This document shows positions 49,073-59,317 of a DNA stretch of 64,000 nucleotides, one piece after another; the first letter of the stretch is position 1, and each line of letters opens with the position of its first letter. The translations under genes and the position numbers were made by a program. This stretch comes from an uncultured Chloroflexia bacterium (lineage in GTDB: Bacteria; Chloroflexota; Chloroflexia; Thermomicrobiales; UBA6265). The stretch lies in the NCBI GenBank assembly GCA_963724295.1, contig CAVRUC010000009.1:64001-128000 (forward strand), written 5' to 3'. Below the pieces are notes generated by a model. The model worked only from the letters and a program-made list of their open reading frames with translations, had not been told where the DNA came from and did no database searches.

Positions 49073-49203
49073 TTGCCGGCTCCTTTCGCAGTTTCACCTG
49101 TGGAGTAACGAGAATAATCGCCACGCACTGATGCATGAATCGTTCCAACGGCGCGACCCGAACCGGTTCCAAGGCCCAACCCCCGTGCCGCTGCGGGTCC
49201 CCC

Positions 49204-49261
49204 TTGACAAACGGCGCTTTCCCTATAGAATCACTAATGTCTACTACTTATGTGGACATTA
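49204..49261 (+). promoter_or_regulatory. Sigma70 promoter plus palindromic operator
   Basis: TTGACA(49204)-N16-TAGAAT(49226); TAATGTCTAC-N7-GTGGACATTA (49235-49261, 9/10 match). Confidence 0.75.
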
Positions 49262-49276
49262 CCGGGGGAGTTGGGC

Positions 49277-50167
49277 GTGGGATTGCAGAAGTTCTTGCTG
49301 CTGGCGCTGTTCGGACTGATCGCTCAGCTCATCGACGGCGCTCTGGGGATGGCCTACGGGCTGACCTCCACCACGTTACTGCTCGCCGCCGGGCTTGCAC
49401 CGGCGGTTGCCTCCGCCAGTGTCCACCTGGCTGAAGTCGGAACCACCCTGGCCTCCGGCGCGGCGCATTGGAAGCTCGGCAACACCGACTGGAAAGCCGT
49501 CCGCTGGCTGGCTCTCCCCGGTGGGGTAGGAGCGTTCGCCGGGGCGACCGTGCTCAGCAACCTCGATGGAGATGCTGCCCGGCCCTGGATCTCCTTCTTC
49601 CTGGTCGTCCTCGGCGGATACGTGCTCGTCCGCTTCGCGTTCCTGGGCGGCCGCATCCAGGTCCGCGAGGGATCACTACGCACGCCGCTTCTCGCTCCGC
49701 TTGGACTCGTCGCCGGGTTCCTCGATGCGGTTGGCGGCGGCGGTTGGGGGCCGATCTCGACTCCCACCCTGATGGCCTCGGGGCGCATGGCGCCCCGCAA
49801 GGTGATTGGCACTGTCGACACCAGTGAGTTCGTCGTTGCCCTTTGTGCCAGTCTCGGCTTCCTGATCTCGCTCGACACATCGGTCTTTGCCGTTCCCGTG
49901 GTCGTTGCGCTCCTCCTGGGCGGCGTCATAGCCGCGCCGATCGCCGCCTGGCTCGTGCGCTGGCTTCACCCGCGTATCCTCGGCGCGGCGGTCGGCGGGC
50001 TGATCGTGCTGACCAACGGCCGCACGCTCCTCAACACCATCGGCGTCGAAGGCAGTCCGCAGATCGCCACCTACGCGATGCTCATCGCGATCTGGTGTGT
50101 GGCCATCGCCGTCGTCGTCCGCGCCATCCGCTCAGAGCGGCGCCAGATGGCGACTGCGACCGCCTGA
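49277..50167 (+). CDS. Sulfite exporter TauE/SafE family protein
   Basis: AQLIDGALGMAYG, SASVH, AGFLDAVGGGGWGP, IGTVDTSEF. Confidence 0.92.
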   Translation: MGLQKFLLLALFGLIAQLIDGALGMAYGLTSTTLLLAAGLAPAVASASVHLAEVGTTLASGAAHWKLGNTDWKAVRWLALPGGVGAFAGATVLSNLDGDAARPWISFFLVVLGGYVLVRFAFLGGRIQVREGSLRTPLLAPLGLVAGFLDAVGGGGWGPISTPTLMASGRMAPRKVIGTVDTSEFVVALCASLGFLISLDTSVFAVPVVVALLLGGVIAAPIAAWLVRWLHPRILGAAVGGLIVLTNGRTLLNTIGVEGSPQIATYAMLIAIWCVAIAVVVRAIRSERRQMATATA

Positions 50168-50272
50168 CAGCGCTGACCCCGATGGCTCAACTCGTACCTC
50201 CACTCACCGCCTGAGCGCATCGTCAGGATCCCTGTCCGAGCTGCCTACTCGTCATGGCGCACAATGTGTCTC

Positions 50273-51073
50273 ATGAGTGTCAAGCTGCGCATTGCCACGT
50301 TCCTGGCGCCGAACATGCTTCCCGTCTACGAGTTCCTCGTCGACGCGTTGGGCCGCGAGCTCGGCAGCAATGCCGAACTGGTTATCGGCGCATCGTTCGA
50401 TCAGTTCGGCAACGGCGAGATTGATGCCGGGTTCATCTGCGGCCTGCCGTACGTTCAGCTCACGAGGCAAATCCCATCGCCGGTCGAGTTGCTGGCAGCG
50501 CCGGTGCTTCGCGGCGATCGCTACGCGGGCCGTCCGATCTACTTCTCCGATGTCATCGTGCATCGCGACAGCCCGGTGCGTACCTTCATCGATCTCCGCG
50601 GGCGATCCTGGGCCTACAACGACCCGGATTCCCACTCCGGCTACAACCTGACCCGCCACCATCTCTTGAAGATGGGCGAAACCTACGGCTTCTTCGGTCG
50701 GGTGATCGAAGCGGGATATCACCAGCACGCGATGCGGTTGGTCGCGGCGGGAGAGGTCGACGCCGCCGCGATCGATTCCCAGGTGCTGGCCATCGAGCTG
50801 CGCGACCATCCCAATCTCGCCGAAGAGCTCCGCGTGATCGGGGCTCTCGGACCCTCGACGATTCAACCGGTGGTTGCGGCACGACACCTTCCGGTCGATG
50901 TCAAAGCCGCGATGCGATCGGCCCTGCTGCGCCTGGGCGATGACCGGTCCGCCCGGACGGAGTTGGCGCGTGGGTTCATCGATCGCTTCGTGCCGGTAAT
51001 CGACGAGGACTATGACGATATCCGAGAGATGCTCTTGTCCGCTGAGCGCGCTGGATTCCTCACGCTGGCATAG
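50273..51073 (+). CDS. PhnD/SsuA-fold binding protein lacking a signal peptide
   Basis: FICGLPY, YFSDVIV, DLRGRSWAYNDPDSHSG, VDAAAIDS; no hydrophobic N-terminus. Confidence 0.8.
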   Translation: MSVKLRIATFLAPNMLPVYEFLVDALGRELGSNAELVIGASFDQFGNGEIDAGFICGLPYVQLTRQIPSPVELLAAPVLRGDRYAGRPIYFSDVIVHRDSPVRTFIDLRGRSWAYNDPDSHSGYNLTRHHLLKMGETYGFFGRVIEAGYHQHAMRLVAAGEVDAAAIDSQVLAIELRDHPNLAEELRVIGALGPSTIQPVVAARHLPVDVKAAMRSALLRLGDDRSARTELARGFIDRFVPVIDEDYDDIREMLLSAERAGFLTLA

Positions 51074-51229
51074 CTCCGTTCGGCGACGAGACTAGCGCGT
51101 CACGGTGAATTCCTGAAGCATCCCGTTGACTCCTCGCGAGGGCAACGCCTGACCAGACGAGCGAATGGCGTTGTTCGTATACTCGGGGACGTGTGTCTGC
51201 CCTCATCAGCACGAATAGGTTCTCCTCTC

Positions 51230-52798
51230 ATGACCGACTCCAATTCCAACCTCTCGCCCGTGCGCGTCCGGTTCGCGCCGAGCCCGACCGGGCTGTTGCA
51301 CATCGGCGGCGCCCGTACCGCGCTCTTCAACTGGCTGCTGGCCCACGGCCAGACCCGGCGCGAGGGACGAGACGGCGCCTTCCTGCTTCGCATCGAAGAC
51401 ACCGACCGCAACCGTTACGTCGAAGGAGCGGAAGAGGGGATCGTCGATATCCTGCGTTGGTTCGGTCTCGAGTGGGACGAGGGACCGGATGTCGGCGGCC
51501 CCGTGGGTCCCTACCGGCAGAGCGAGCGGACCGACCTCTACCGGGAGCACGCCGCGCGACTGCTGGAGAGCGGGCACGCCTACCGATGTTTCTGCACCCC
51601 CGAGCGCCTGCAGCGGGTGCGAGAGGAGCAGACCGCGCGCAAGGAAGCGCCGGGCTACGACCGCTTCTGCCGCGACCTCACACCGCGGCAGGTGGAGGCG
51701 AATCTTGCCGCCGGGATGCCCTCCTCCATTCGCTTCCGCATGCCGCTTGCTGGCGAGACACCGGTCGTCGATCTGGTGCGCGGGGAGATCGTCTTTCAGA
51801 ATACCAACCTCGAGGATCTGATCCTGCTCAAGTCGGACGGCTACCCGACCTATCACCTGGCCAACGTCGTCGACGATCACCTGATGGAGATCAGTCACAT
51901 CCTGCGCGGCGAGGAGTGGATCCCGACCGCGCCGATCCACGTCCGTCTCTACGATGCCTTCGGCTGGGATGCGCCGCGGTTCGCGCACATGCCATTGATC
52001 CTGGCTCCCGGCGGCGGCAAGCTCTCCAAGCGGCACGGCTCGACGGCGATGGAGGAGTTCCGGGCGCAGGGGTATCTGCCCGAGGCATTGATGAACTATC
52101 TGGCGCTGCTGGGATGGAGTCTCGACGGCACGACCGAGATGTTCAGCCGGGATGACCTGCTCGGGACTTTCACCTTGGAGCGGGTGAACCCCTCGCCGGG
52201 GACCTTCGATTACAACAAGCTGCGCTGGTTCAACCAGCAGTACATCAACCACGTGCTGACGGTCGAGGACCTCACCCTGCGGGTGATGCCGTTTCTGGCA
52301 GAGGCGGAGCTGATCGGACCCGGCCCCTTCGCGCTCAATCATCCCGATTTCGCGCGAGTCGTGCCCGTGACGGCGCTGCTCAAAGACCGCATCGAAACGC
52401 TGGCGGAAGCACCGGATTTGATGGCGTATTTTCTTCAGCCCGAGCTGGAGCCGTACGATCCAGCGCTCCTGGTCCCCAAGAAGATGACGCGGGAGGAAGC
52501 CCTGGCGGCGCTCGAGGCGGTCGCCGCACTGCTGCCTGACGTCGATCTCGATGATGAGGAGGCGACCGAAGCGCGCTTCCGTAGCCTGGCCGACGCGCTG
52601 GGTCTGAAGCCCGGTAGCCTCTTCATGCCGGTGCGCGTGGCGGTCACCGGGCGTACCCAGTCTCCAGGGCTGTTCGAGACGCTGCGGGTCATCGGCGCGG
52701 AGCGAGTTCGGCTGCGCATCGCCGGGGCCATTGAGGGCCTGCGCGACTGGACGCCGGAGGAGCAGCCCGTCGCCGAAACGGCGCGCGCGGGCGTCTGA
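51230..52798 (+). CDS. gltX: Glutamate--tRNA ligase
   Basis: RFAPSPTG, HIGG, LRIEDTD, YRCFCT, ANVVDDH, KLSKR, anticodon-binding domain. Confidence 0.97.
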   Translation: MTDSNSNLSPVRVRFAPSPTGLLHIGGARTALFNWLLAHGQTRREGRDGAFLLRIEDTDRNRYVEGAEEGIVDILRWFGLEWDEGPDVGGPVGPYRQSERTDLYREHAARLLESGHAYRCFCTPERLQRVREEQTARKEAPGYDRFCRDLTPRQVEANLAAGMPSSIRFRMPLAGETPVVDLVRGEIVFQNTNLEDLILLKSDGYPTYHLANVVDDHLMEISHILRGEEWIPTAPIHVRLYDAFGWDAPRFAHMPLILAPGGGKLSKRHGSTAMEEFRAQGYLPEALMNYLALLGWSLDGTTEMFSRDDLLGTFTLERVNPSPGTFDYNKLRWFNQQYINHVLTVEDLTLRVMPFLAEAELIGPGPFALNHPDFARVVPVTALLKDRIETLAEAPDLMAYFLQPELEPYDPALLVPKKMTREEALAALEAVAALLPDVDLDDEEATEARFRSLADALGLKPGSLFMPVRVAVTGRTQSPGLFETLRVIGAERVRLRIAGAIEGLRDWTPEEQPVAETARAGV

Positions 52799-52818
52799 AC
52801 GAGAGAACGGGGACAAGA

Positions 52819-53814
52819 GTGGCGCGTCATCCATGGGTTGCTGAGGCCGACAATGGGATCCGCTGGGGCATCCAGCTCGTCCTTGGCGACGCGGGACTTG
52901 GTCGGTTGCTCGATGCCGGACGCAAGGTGGAGGCGCTCGGATTCGACGGCTGCTTCATCTTCGACCATCCCGCGGTGCAAGCCGATCCCTGGGTCTGCCT
53001 TGCCGCGCTGGCCGGAGTCACCGAGCGGGTGCGGCTCGGTTCGGTGGTCAGTTGCGTGCCGTACCGGCATCCGGCGCTGATCGCGCGCATGACGGCCGAC
53101 ATCGACAACATCAGCCGCGGTCGGTTCATGCTCGGTCTCGGCATCGGCTGGCTGAAACCCGAGTTCGAGGCGTTCGGCGCCAGTTACGACCCGGTTCCCG
53201 AACGATTCGCGGCGCTGGAAGAAGCGCTGGAGATCATCCCCGGCGTTTGGGGCCCGGAGAAGTTCGCCTACGTCGGCACGCACTACCAGATCGGCCCCCT
53301 GCAGGTGTCGCCGCCGCCAATCCAGCAACCCCGCCCGCCCCTGCTCATCGGCGGCAGCGGCGAAAAGCGAAGCCTGAAGCTGGTGGCCAGGTACGCCGAT
53401 GCCTGTAACGTCAACGACGTCGCGCACACCGAGAACGGTCTGGAACGGGTCGGCGGTCCGGACCTGATCGGGCACAAGTACGACGTGGTCCGCGGCTATT
53501 GCGAGGAGCTCGGACGGCCCTACGACGAGATCCTGCGTACGCACTTCACCCTGCGGCTGGTGCTGGCGCCGGACGAGCGCGCCGTCGCGGAGAAGGTTGC
53601 CGCCATCGGGCAGGCCGGGTCCGGCTCGCCGGCGACGCGCCGCGCGCAGCCAAGCGCCTTCATGACAGGCACGCCCGAGCAGGTCGCGCCCTATTACCAG
53701 TCGCTGGTCGACGTCGGCACCCAGTACTTCATCATGCAGGTCGACTCCGGCGACACGGAGACCATGGAGCTGCTGGCGCGCGAGATCGTGCCGCATGTGA
53801 CCATGCGAGCGTGA
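52819..53814 (+). CDS. LLM-class flavin-dependent oxidoreductase
   Basis: FDH, RLGSVV..YRHPA, SRGRFMLGLGIGW, IGGSGEK. Confidence 0.9.
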   Translation: MARHPWVAEADNGIRWGIQLVLGDAGLGRLLDAGRKVEALGFDGCFIFDHPAVQADPWVCLAALAGVTERVRLGSVVSCVPYRHPALIARMTADIDNISRGRFMLGLGIGWLKPEFEAFGASYDPVPERFAALEEALEIIPGVWGPEKFAYVGTHYQIGPLQVSPPPIQQPRPPLLIGGSGEKRSLKLVARYADACNVNDVAHTENGLERVGGPDLIGHKYDVVRGYCEELGRPYDEILRTHFTLRLVLAPDERAVAEKVAAIGQAGSGSPATRRAQPSAFMTGTPEQVAPYYQSLVDVGTQYFIMQVDSGDTETMELLAREIVPHVTMRA

Positions 53815-53939
53815 GCGCGGAATCCTCCGAGCTACCCTGCGTTGCCAGTCAGCCCTGAGGTCGCCGAGGCGGCCTCAGCCGCCTCAGCGGCGAGACAGTA
53901 ATCTGATAGACCGGCACCGTTGGAACAGGAAGGAGGTCA

Positions 53940-54830
53940 GTGATGGAGACTGACAGCCATCGTTTCACATTGGGCGCATTCCAGTGTGTCTCCCTCAGCG
54001 ACGGCACCTTCAACTATCCGCTCGAGGCCTTCTTCGCCAACGTCCCCAGGGAGCAGGTCGAGGAAGTGCTTCGGCAGCTCGACCTCCCCACCGACCGCAT
54101 CACCACCCCCTACACCTGTCTGTTCGTCGACACCGGCAGGCACCGGGTGCTCATCGATACCGGGGCCGGGAATCTCGCCGCGGCCGCGCCGACGATGTTT
54201 CCGAGCGTCGACCATGCGACAACCGTGACCGGCACGTTGCTCAGGAATCTGGAGGCGGCGGGGATCGACCGATCAACTCGTCGACACGGTCATCATTACC
54301 CACGCCCATCCGGATCACGTCGGCGGCACTCTGGATGATGACGGGACGCTCGTCTTTGGCAACGCCCGGTATGTCGTCCCCGGGGATGAGTGGGACTTCT
54401 GGATGTCCGAGGCCGCGGCTGCGAAAGCCCCGGCCCCGATGGTGGACATCGCTCGGCGCAACCTCGCGGCCATGCGCGATCGGCTGACGCTTGTCGATGA
54501 TGGCGCCGAGGTCGTCCCCGGCATCCGCATCATCGCCACCGCAGGGCACACACCCGGACACGTTGCGCTGTCCATCACCTCGGACGGTGAGCAGATGCTG
54601 CACATCTCCGACGTGGTGCTCTACCCGCTCCATCTCGAGCATCCAGACTGGGTGCCGGTCTTCGACATCATGCCGGAGGAGGCCGCGGCGAGCAAGCACC
54701 GCATCTTCGACCGCGCGGCGCAGGAGCGGACGCTGGTGTTCGCCCACCATTTCCCGCCATTCCCCAACCTGGGACACGTCCGGAAGCACGGGGCGGGCTG
54801 GCAGTGGCAACCGATCCAGTCGGCGCATAG
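53940..54830 (+). pseudogene. Metallo-beta-lactamase-fold hydrolase, frameshift near 54275 (probable second indel near the 3' end)
   Basis: LIDTGAG then, after removing one A, VDTVIITHAHPDHVGG, GHTPGH, HISD, AHH. A nearby TAG at 54828 is out of frame. Confidence 0.8.
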
Positions 54831-54902
54831 GTTCCGCGCTCGCCTGCAGCGATCCGGTGGCGAGCGGGTTGTGCAACCCGCGAAGGGGTACGGTCTGTAC
54901 TT

Positions 54903-57161
54903 CTACGCTCGCTGCTCCAGGTGGTACGGCACGCTGGTCACGACCGTGCCGGGACGGAAGAGGAGCGCCGCCTTGATCCGCAAAGCGGTCTGGTTGTGCA
55001 GGATATGCTCCCACCAGTGGCGGGCGATGAACTCAGGAAGTACGACAGTTAGGGTGTCGTCTGGACGTTGCCGGTCGATCTCGTCGAGATAGGCGAGAAG
55101 CGGGCCCACCAGGCTGCGGTACGGCGACTCGATGATCACCATCGGGACGTCGGTGACGAGCGCTTGCCAGCTCTCCCGCATCTGCTCGATCTCGGCTTCG
55201 TCGTCCGTGATGTGTACCGCCGTAACGTTCGGCGAGATCGAGCGGGCGTAGGCCAGCGTCTGGCGCGCCACGCGGTTCACCGCGGCCACCGGCACGATCA
55301 CCGTGTGCACGATCTCCTCCGACTTCAGCGGAGTCTGCGCCGCAAGCTCCCCTGCGGCCCGCGCATAGTGGCGGTGAATTGCGCGGAACATCATGATTAG
55401 GAGGGGGATCAGGAGCAAGACGATCCAGGCGCCCTTTGTGAAGTTGGTCAATCCGACGACGACCGCCACGACCCCGGTCGTGACCACACCGACGATGTTG
55501 ATCGCCAGTCCGCCCTGCCAACCCGGCTCCCGCAAGCGCAGCCAGCGCATCACCATGCCCCCCTGGGAGAGCGTGAATGCGGTGAAGACGCCGACGGCGT
55601 AGAGCGGGATCATGCGCGTCGTCTCGCCGCCGAAACCGGCCAGCATCAGCGAGGAGAGAATGCCCAGGGTGACGATGCCGGTCGAATAGGCAAGCCGGTC
55701 ACCGCGAAAGGTGAACTGTTTCGGCAGATAGCTGTCGCGGGCCAGGAAGTACGAGAGGCGCGGGAAGTCGGAGTACGCGGTATTCGCGGCCAGGATCAGG
55801 ATCGCCAGCGTGGCGATCTGGATGTAGTAATAGGCTGGGGAACCACCGCCGAAGATGGTGCTGGCGATCTGCGAGACGACGGTCTCGTAGCCAAGGGGAT
55901 CATTCGGCTCGCGAGGCACGATCCCGAACTGATTGGCCAGGAAAGTGATCCCCGCGAATGTCGCGGCCAGGATGACGATCATCCAGGTGAGGGTCGCGCG
56001 CGCATTCTTCCACTCCGGGGGTTGAAATGCGGGCACACCGTCCGAGATGGCCTCCACCCCGGTCAGCGCCGCGCACCCTCGGCTGAAGGCGGTCAGGATG
56101 AGCAGGATGCCAAGCGTCTGGGTCGTGGTTCCGATCTCGCCCGCGGACACCACGGGGGCCTGTGCCACGAACCCTTGCGATGCGGCGCGGACCAGACCGA
56201 GCGCGATCATGCCGATGATGCCGACCAGAAAGAGGTAGGTTGGGACGGCGAAGATGCTGCCGGATTCACGGATCCCCCGCAGATTGAGCAGCGTCACCAG
56301 GATGATGAAAGCCAATCCGAGCGTAACCCGGTGGTCGCGCAGTTGCGGCACCGCTGAGGTCAGCGCGGCTACGCCGGCGGCGATACTGACCGCCACGGTA
56401 ACGACGTAGCCGAACAGAAGCGCGGCGCCGGCGGTAAGCGCCGGAAGTTCCCCCAAATTGTCCTTGGCGACGATGTAGGAGCCGCCACCGGCCGGATAGG
56501 CCTTGATCGTCTGCCTGTATGAGATGCCCACGATCAGCAGCAGGGCGACGATACCCGCCCCGATGGGCAGGCTGAGCGCGAGCGCCCCCACACCGGCCAG
56601 CAGCAGGACGTGCAGGATCTCCTCCGTCGCGTAGGCCACAGAGGAGAGGGCATCGGAGGAGAGAACCGCCAGCGCCTTGGTCTTGGTCAGCCGCTCGTGT
56701 GCCGCCTGCGCTGAGCTGAGCGGCGCGCCGATGACGGTGCGCTTGATCTTGCCGAAGGCGCGTCCTGCCGTGCCGCGCGCTTCGAGTGCTTCCTCGGTGG
56801 CGATCAGGTGCCCGGGCGCCGCGCGTTGGAAATCGTCCGACTGCACCCGGCAGACGCGGACATAGCGGTCTCCGAGCAGCCGCCCCTGCACGCCCTGCTT
56901 ACCGACGAGGTCTCCCTGGGTGCGGGGTCCCTCCCGGCGCCGGGCGCGCACGCGCTGCGGGCGGCGCTGGGCACCCGTGGCGGTCTCATCAGTGGGAATC
57001 GCCGCGCCGTTCTCCCCGGAGTGGATGAACGCTCCGGTCGCCGCTTGCTCGACCCCGTTATCGCCTGCGCCGGCGCGATCGTCTTTGCTGGCGAAAGGTA
57101 TATCGGCGTCTGCCGCTGACGGCTTTGGACGACGAGGAGGTCGAAATCGAGCGGTCGCCAT
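54903..57161 (-). CDS. APC-family permease, KimA/YdaO-like K+ transporter
   Basis: SSDALSSVAYATEE, YPAGGGSY, ALTGVEAISDG, ESPYRS, LPEF..WWE..LHNQ. Confidence 0.88.
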   Translation of the reverse strand: MATARFRPPRRPKPSAADADIPFASKDDRAGAGDNGVEQAATGAFIHSGENGAAIPTDETATGAQRRPQRVRARRREGPRTQGDLVGKQGVQGRLLGDRYVRVCRVQSDDFQRAAPGHLIATEEALEARGTAGRAFGKIKRTVIGAPLSSAQAAHERLTKTKALAVLSSDALSSVAYATEEILHVLLLAGVGALALSLPIGAGIVALLLIVGISYRQTIKAYPAGGGSYIVAKDNLGELPALTAGAALLFGYVVTVAVSIAAGVAALTSAVPQLRDHRVTLGLAFIILVTLLNLRGIRESGSIFAVPTYLFLVGIIGMIALGLVRAASQGFVAQAPVVSAGEIGTTTQTLGILLILTAFSRGCAALTGVEAISDGVPAFQPPEWKNARATLTWMIVILAATFAGITFLANQFGIVPREPNDPLGYETVVSQIASTIFGGGSPAYYYIQIATLAILILAANTAYSDFPRLSYFLARDSYLPKQFTFRGDRLAYSTGIVTLGILSSLMLAGFGGETTRMIPLYAVGVFTAFTLSQGGMVMRWLRLREPGWQGGLAINIVGVVTTGVVAVVVGLTNFTKGAWIVLLLIPLLIMMFRAIHRHYARAAGELAAQTPLKSEEIVHTVIVPVAAVNRVARQTLAYARSISPNVTAVHITDDEAEIEQMRESWQALVTDVPMVIIESPYRSLVGPLLAYLDEIDRQRPDDTLTVVLPEFIARHWWEHILHNQTALRIKAALLFRPGTVVTSVPYHLEQRA

Positions 57162-57451
57162 TCAATGAACTCCGCGGGCTGCTCCAGCCATCGTCAACGC
57201 CGATGCATGCGCGATGAGCAGACCCGCTCGAACCGGTTCCGCAGGGCACGTTTGGGCCGAAAATGCCGGAACCACAACCTCCCAAGTGTACCCCTAGCGT
57301 CAAGTCCGGCTGGCGATGATTCTCAGGCTGGCTGGTAGCCATGCGCTCTGAACGGCTACGGTGGAGATCTCTCGGCGAGCCCTGTCCGCGCCGGTCCTGG
57401 CGTCCGACGAGGACGGCAAGACCATCAATCGCCCGTATGAAAGGAAACAGG

Positions 57452-57724
57452 ATGAGCGTTCCCTGTACGCATCTGGATCAGATCCGCGACGTGACTCCGA
57501 GGACGCCTGACGGCTGCGAGGAGTGCCTGCAGATCGGAGACACGTGGGTCCATTTGCGCCTCTGCCTCATCTGCGGTCACGTCGGTTGTTGCGATTCCTC
57601 GAAAAACAAGCACGCCACCAGACACTTCCATGCCACCGATCACCCGCTCGTGCAGTCGTTCGAGCCGGGGGAGGACTGGCTGTGGTGCTTCGTCGACGAA
57701 GTCGCGATGGAGCCAGGACGGTGA
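57452..57724 (+). CDS. Stand-alone UBP-type zinc finger protein
   Basis: CTH..CEEC..WVHLRLCLICGHVGCCDSS..HATRH..EPGEDW.WC; RBS aaagga. Confidence 0.9.
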   Translation: MSVPCTHLDQIRDVTPRTPDGCEECLQIGDTWVHLRLCLICGHVGCCDSSKNKHATRHFHATDHPLVQSFEPGEDWLWCFVDEVAMEPGR

Positions 57725-57865
57725 TACGAGGGTAGCGGGGTCACAGGGTGGCCGGGTGGCAGGACGAACGACTCCCTTCACACCCCGCCACCGTGAGCGA
57801 AGCGAACTACCACCCCGCCTCCACGTGCCTCGGCAGGCGCGCAGCGAGTCATCACCCCATCACCC
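57721..57865. repeat. Octamer-built palindromic element (family A)
   Basis: GGTRGCNG units, GCAGGACGAACGA core, GAGCGAAGCGA and GCGCAGCGAGTCATCACCCCATCACC end. Confidence 0.8.
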
Positions 57866-57892
57866 TCGTGCACTCTTTGAAGGTGACCCGAC

Positions 57893-59254
57893 TTACCCCA
57901 TGACCTCGCGAATCGAATCCGCGATGGCATTTGCCACGTCGTCGAGTTCGGGCTGCTGAATCGTCAGGGGCGGCGAGATGGCGATGCCGTCGTTGACCGG
58001 GCGCACGATGATGCCGCGCTCCCGCGTCGCCTTCGTCAGCCGCCCTCCGACGTTCAAGGCCGGGTCGAGCTTCGTCTTGGTCGAGGTGTCGGCGACCAGC
58101 TCGACGAAGAGCATCAGCCCCTTGCCACGCACGTTGCCAACGTTCGGGTGATCGTCCAGCCTGTCGTGCAACGCGCCGAGTAGATAGTCTCCAGCTCGAC
58201 CCGCATTCTCCGGCAGACGCTCGCGCTCGATGATGTCCAGGTTCGGCAGGGCGACCGCGCATGCCACCGGATGTCCCGAGTAGGTGAATCCGTGCATGAA
58301 CATGCGGTCCGGAGTGCTCAGCGTGTCCCAGATCTCATCAGTGACGCCGACACCGCCGAGCGGCACATAACCAGAGGTGATCCCCTTGGCAAAGGAGACG
58401 ACGTCAGGCGTGACGCCGTACTGCTGCATGCCGAACATGGTGCCGGTCCGCCCGAAGCCGCAGATGACCTCGTCGAAGATCAGCAGGATGTCGTGCTTCT
58501 TCAGTACCGGGGCGATGGCAGCCCAGTAGCCCTGTGGCGGCACGACGACTCCGCCCGCACCCTGCACCGGCTCCCCGATCATGGCGGCGATAGTGTGGGC
58601 GCCTTCGCGCTCGATCGTCTCCTCCAGCTCGCGGACAAGAGAGGCGACGAATTCGACTTCGCTCATGCCCTCGCCATGCCGGTACTTGTAAGGCGGGGTG
58701 AGATGGACGAACCCTGGCACGTTGGGACCGAACCCCTCGTGGTAGGTCGGGATGCCGGTGGCCGCCAGCGCGCCCATGGCGATGCCGTGGTAGGCCATCC
58801 TGCGGGAGAGGATCGTGACCTTTTCCGATTGTCCCTTCAGCCACCAGTAGTAGCGGGCGATCTTCAGCGCCGTCTCATTCGATTCCGCCCCGCCGGAGGT
58901 GAACTGGAAATGGTTGAGGTCGCCGGGGAAGAGCGACGCGAGCCGCGTCGCGAGCTCGATCGGCGGTGGCGAGGCAAGGCCGAAGAAGTTGGGTACGAAC
59001 GCGACCTCGCGGATCTGCGCCGCCGCCACCTCGGCCAGTTCGGCCCGGCCGTGGCCGATATTGACGTTCCACAATCCGGCGAAGGCATCGATGTAGCGCT
59101 TGCCATCGGAGTCCCAGAGGAAGACGTCTTCCCCGCGCACCATGACGAGCGGTCCGTCGTCGCGCAGGGAGCGCAAATTAGACACCGGATGGAGGAGATG
59201 CGCCTTGTCCTGAGTAACGAGCTCCGTGGTGTTCCATGTCTGTGCGACGGCCAT
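57893..59254 (-). CDS. Class-III aminotransferase (omega-amino acid/polyamine type)
   Basis: GLWNVNIGHG, SGGAE, YHG, EPVQGAGG, DEVICGFGRTG, FAKGITSGY, HGFTYSGHP. Confidence 0.93.
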   Translation of the reverse strand: MAVAQTWNTTELVTQDKAHLLHPVSNLRSLRDDGPLVMVRGEDVFLWDSDGKRYIDAFAGLWNVNIGHGRAELAEVAAAQIREVAFVPNFFGLASPPPIELATRLASLFPGDLNHFQFTSGGAESNETALKIARYYWWLKGQSEKVTILSRRMAYHGIAMGALAATGIPTYHEGFGPNVPGFVHLTPPYKYRHGEGMSEVEFVASLVRELEETIEREGAHTIAAMIGEPVQGAGGVVVPPQGYWAAIAPVLKKHDILLIFDEVICGFGRTGTMFGMQQYGVTPDVVSFAKGITSGYVPLGGVGVTDEIWDTLSTPDRMFMHGFTYSGHPVACAVALPNLDIIERERLPENAGRAGDYLLGALHDRLDDHPNVGNVRGKGLMLFVELVADTSTKTKLDPALNVGGRLTKATRERGIIVRPVNDGIAISPPLTIQQPELDDVANAIADSIREVMG

Positions 59255-59317
59255 GTTCCCTCCCATTCCCGCCAGCGGGCAGATATCGTTCCAGTCGCCC
59301 TGTGGCGGCCAACTAGA

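Noticed and set aside
51206..52834. Long antisense or alternate-frame ORFs (e.g. 51206-52834, 29080-30720, 21208-22725, 52435-53796)
   Set aside because: They are shadows of well-supported genes in high-GC DNA and carry no recognisable motifs.
16130..54830. Programmed ribosomal frameshifting in the split genes
   Set aside because: No shared slippery motif or direction, the gene families are unrelated, and several sites are short homopolymers. Sequencing indels are the simpler explanation.
54831..55092. 190-bp convergent overlap between the MBL hydrolase and the APC permease
   Set aside because: The MBL fold ends at WQWQPI and the read-through is antisense shadow. An out-of-frame TAG at 54828 suggests an indel artefact.
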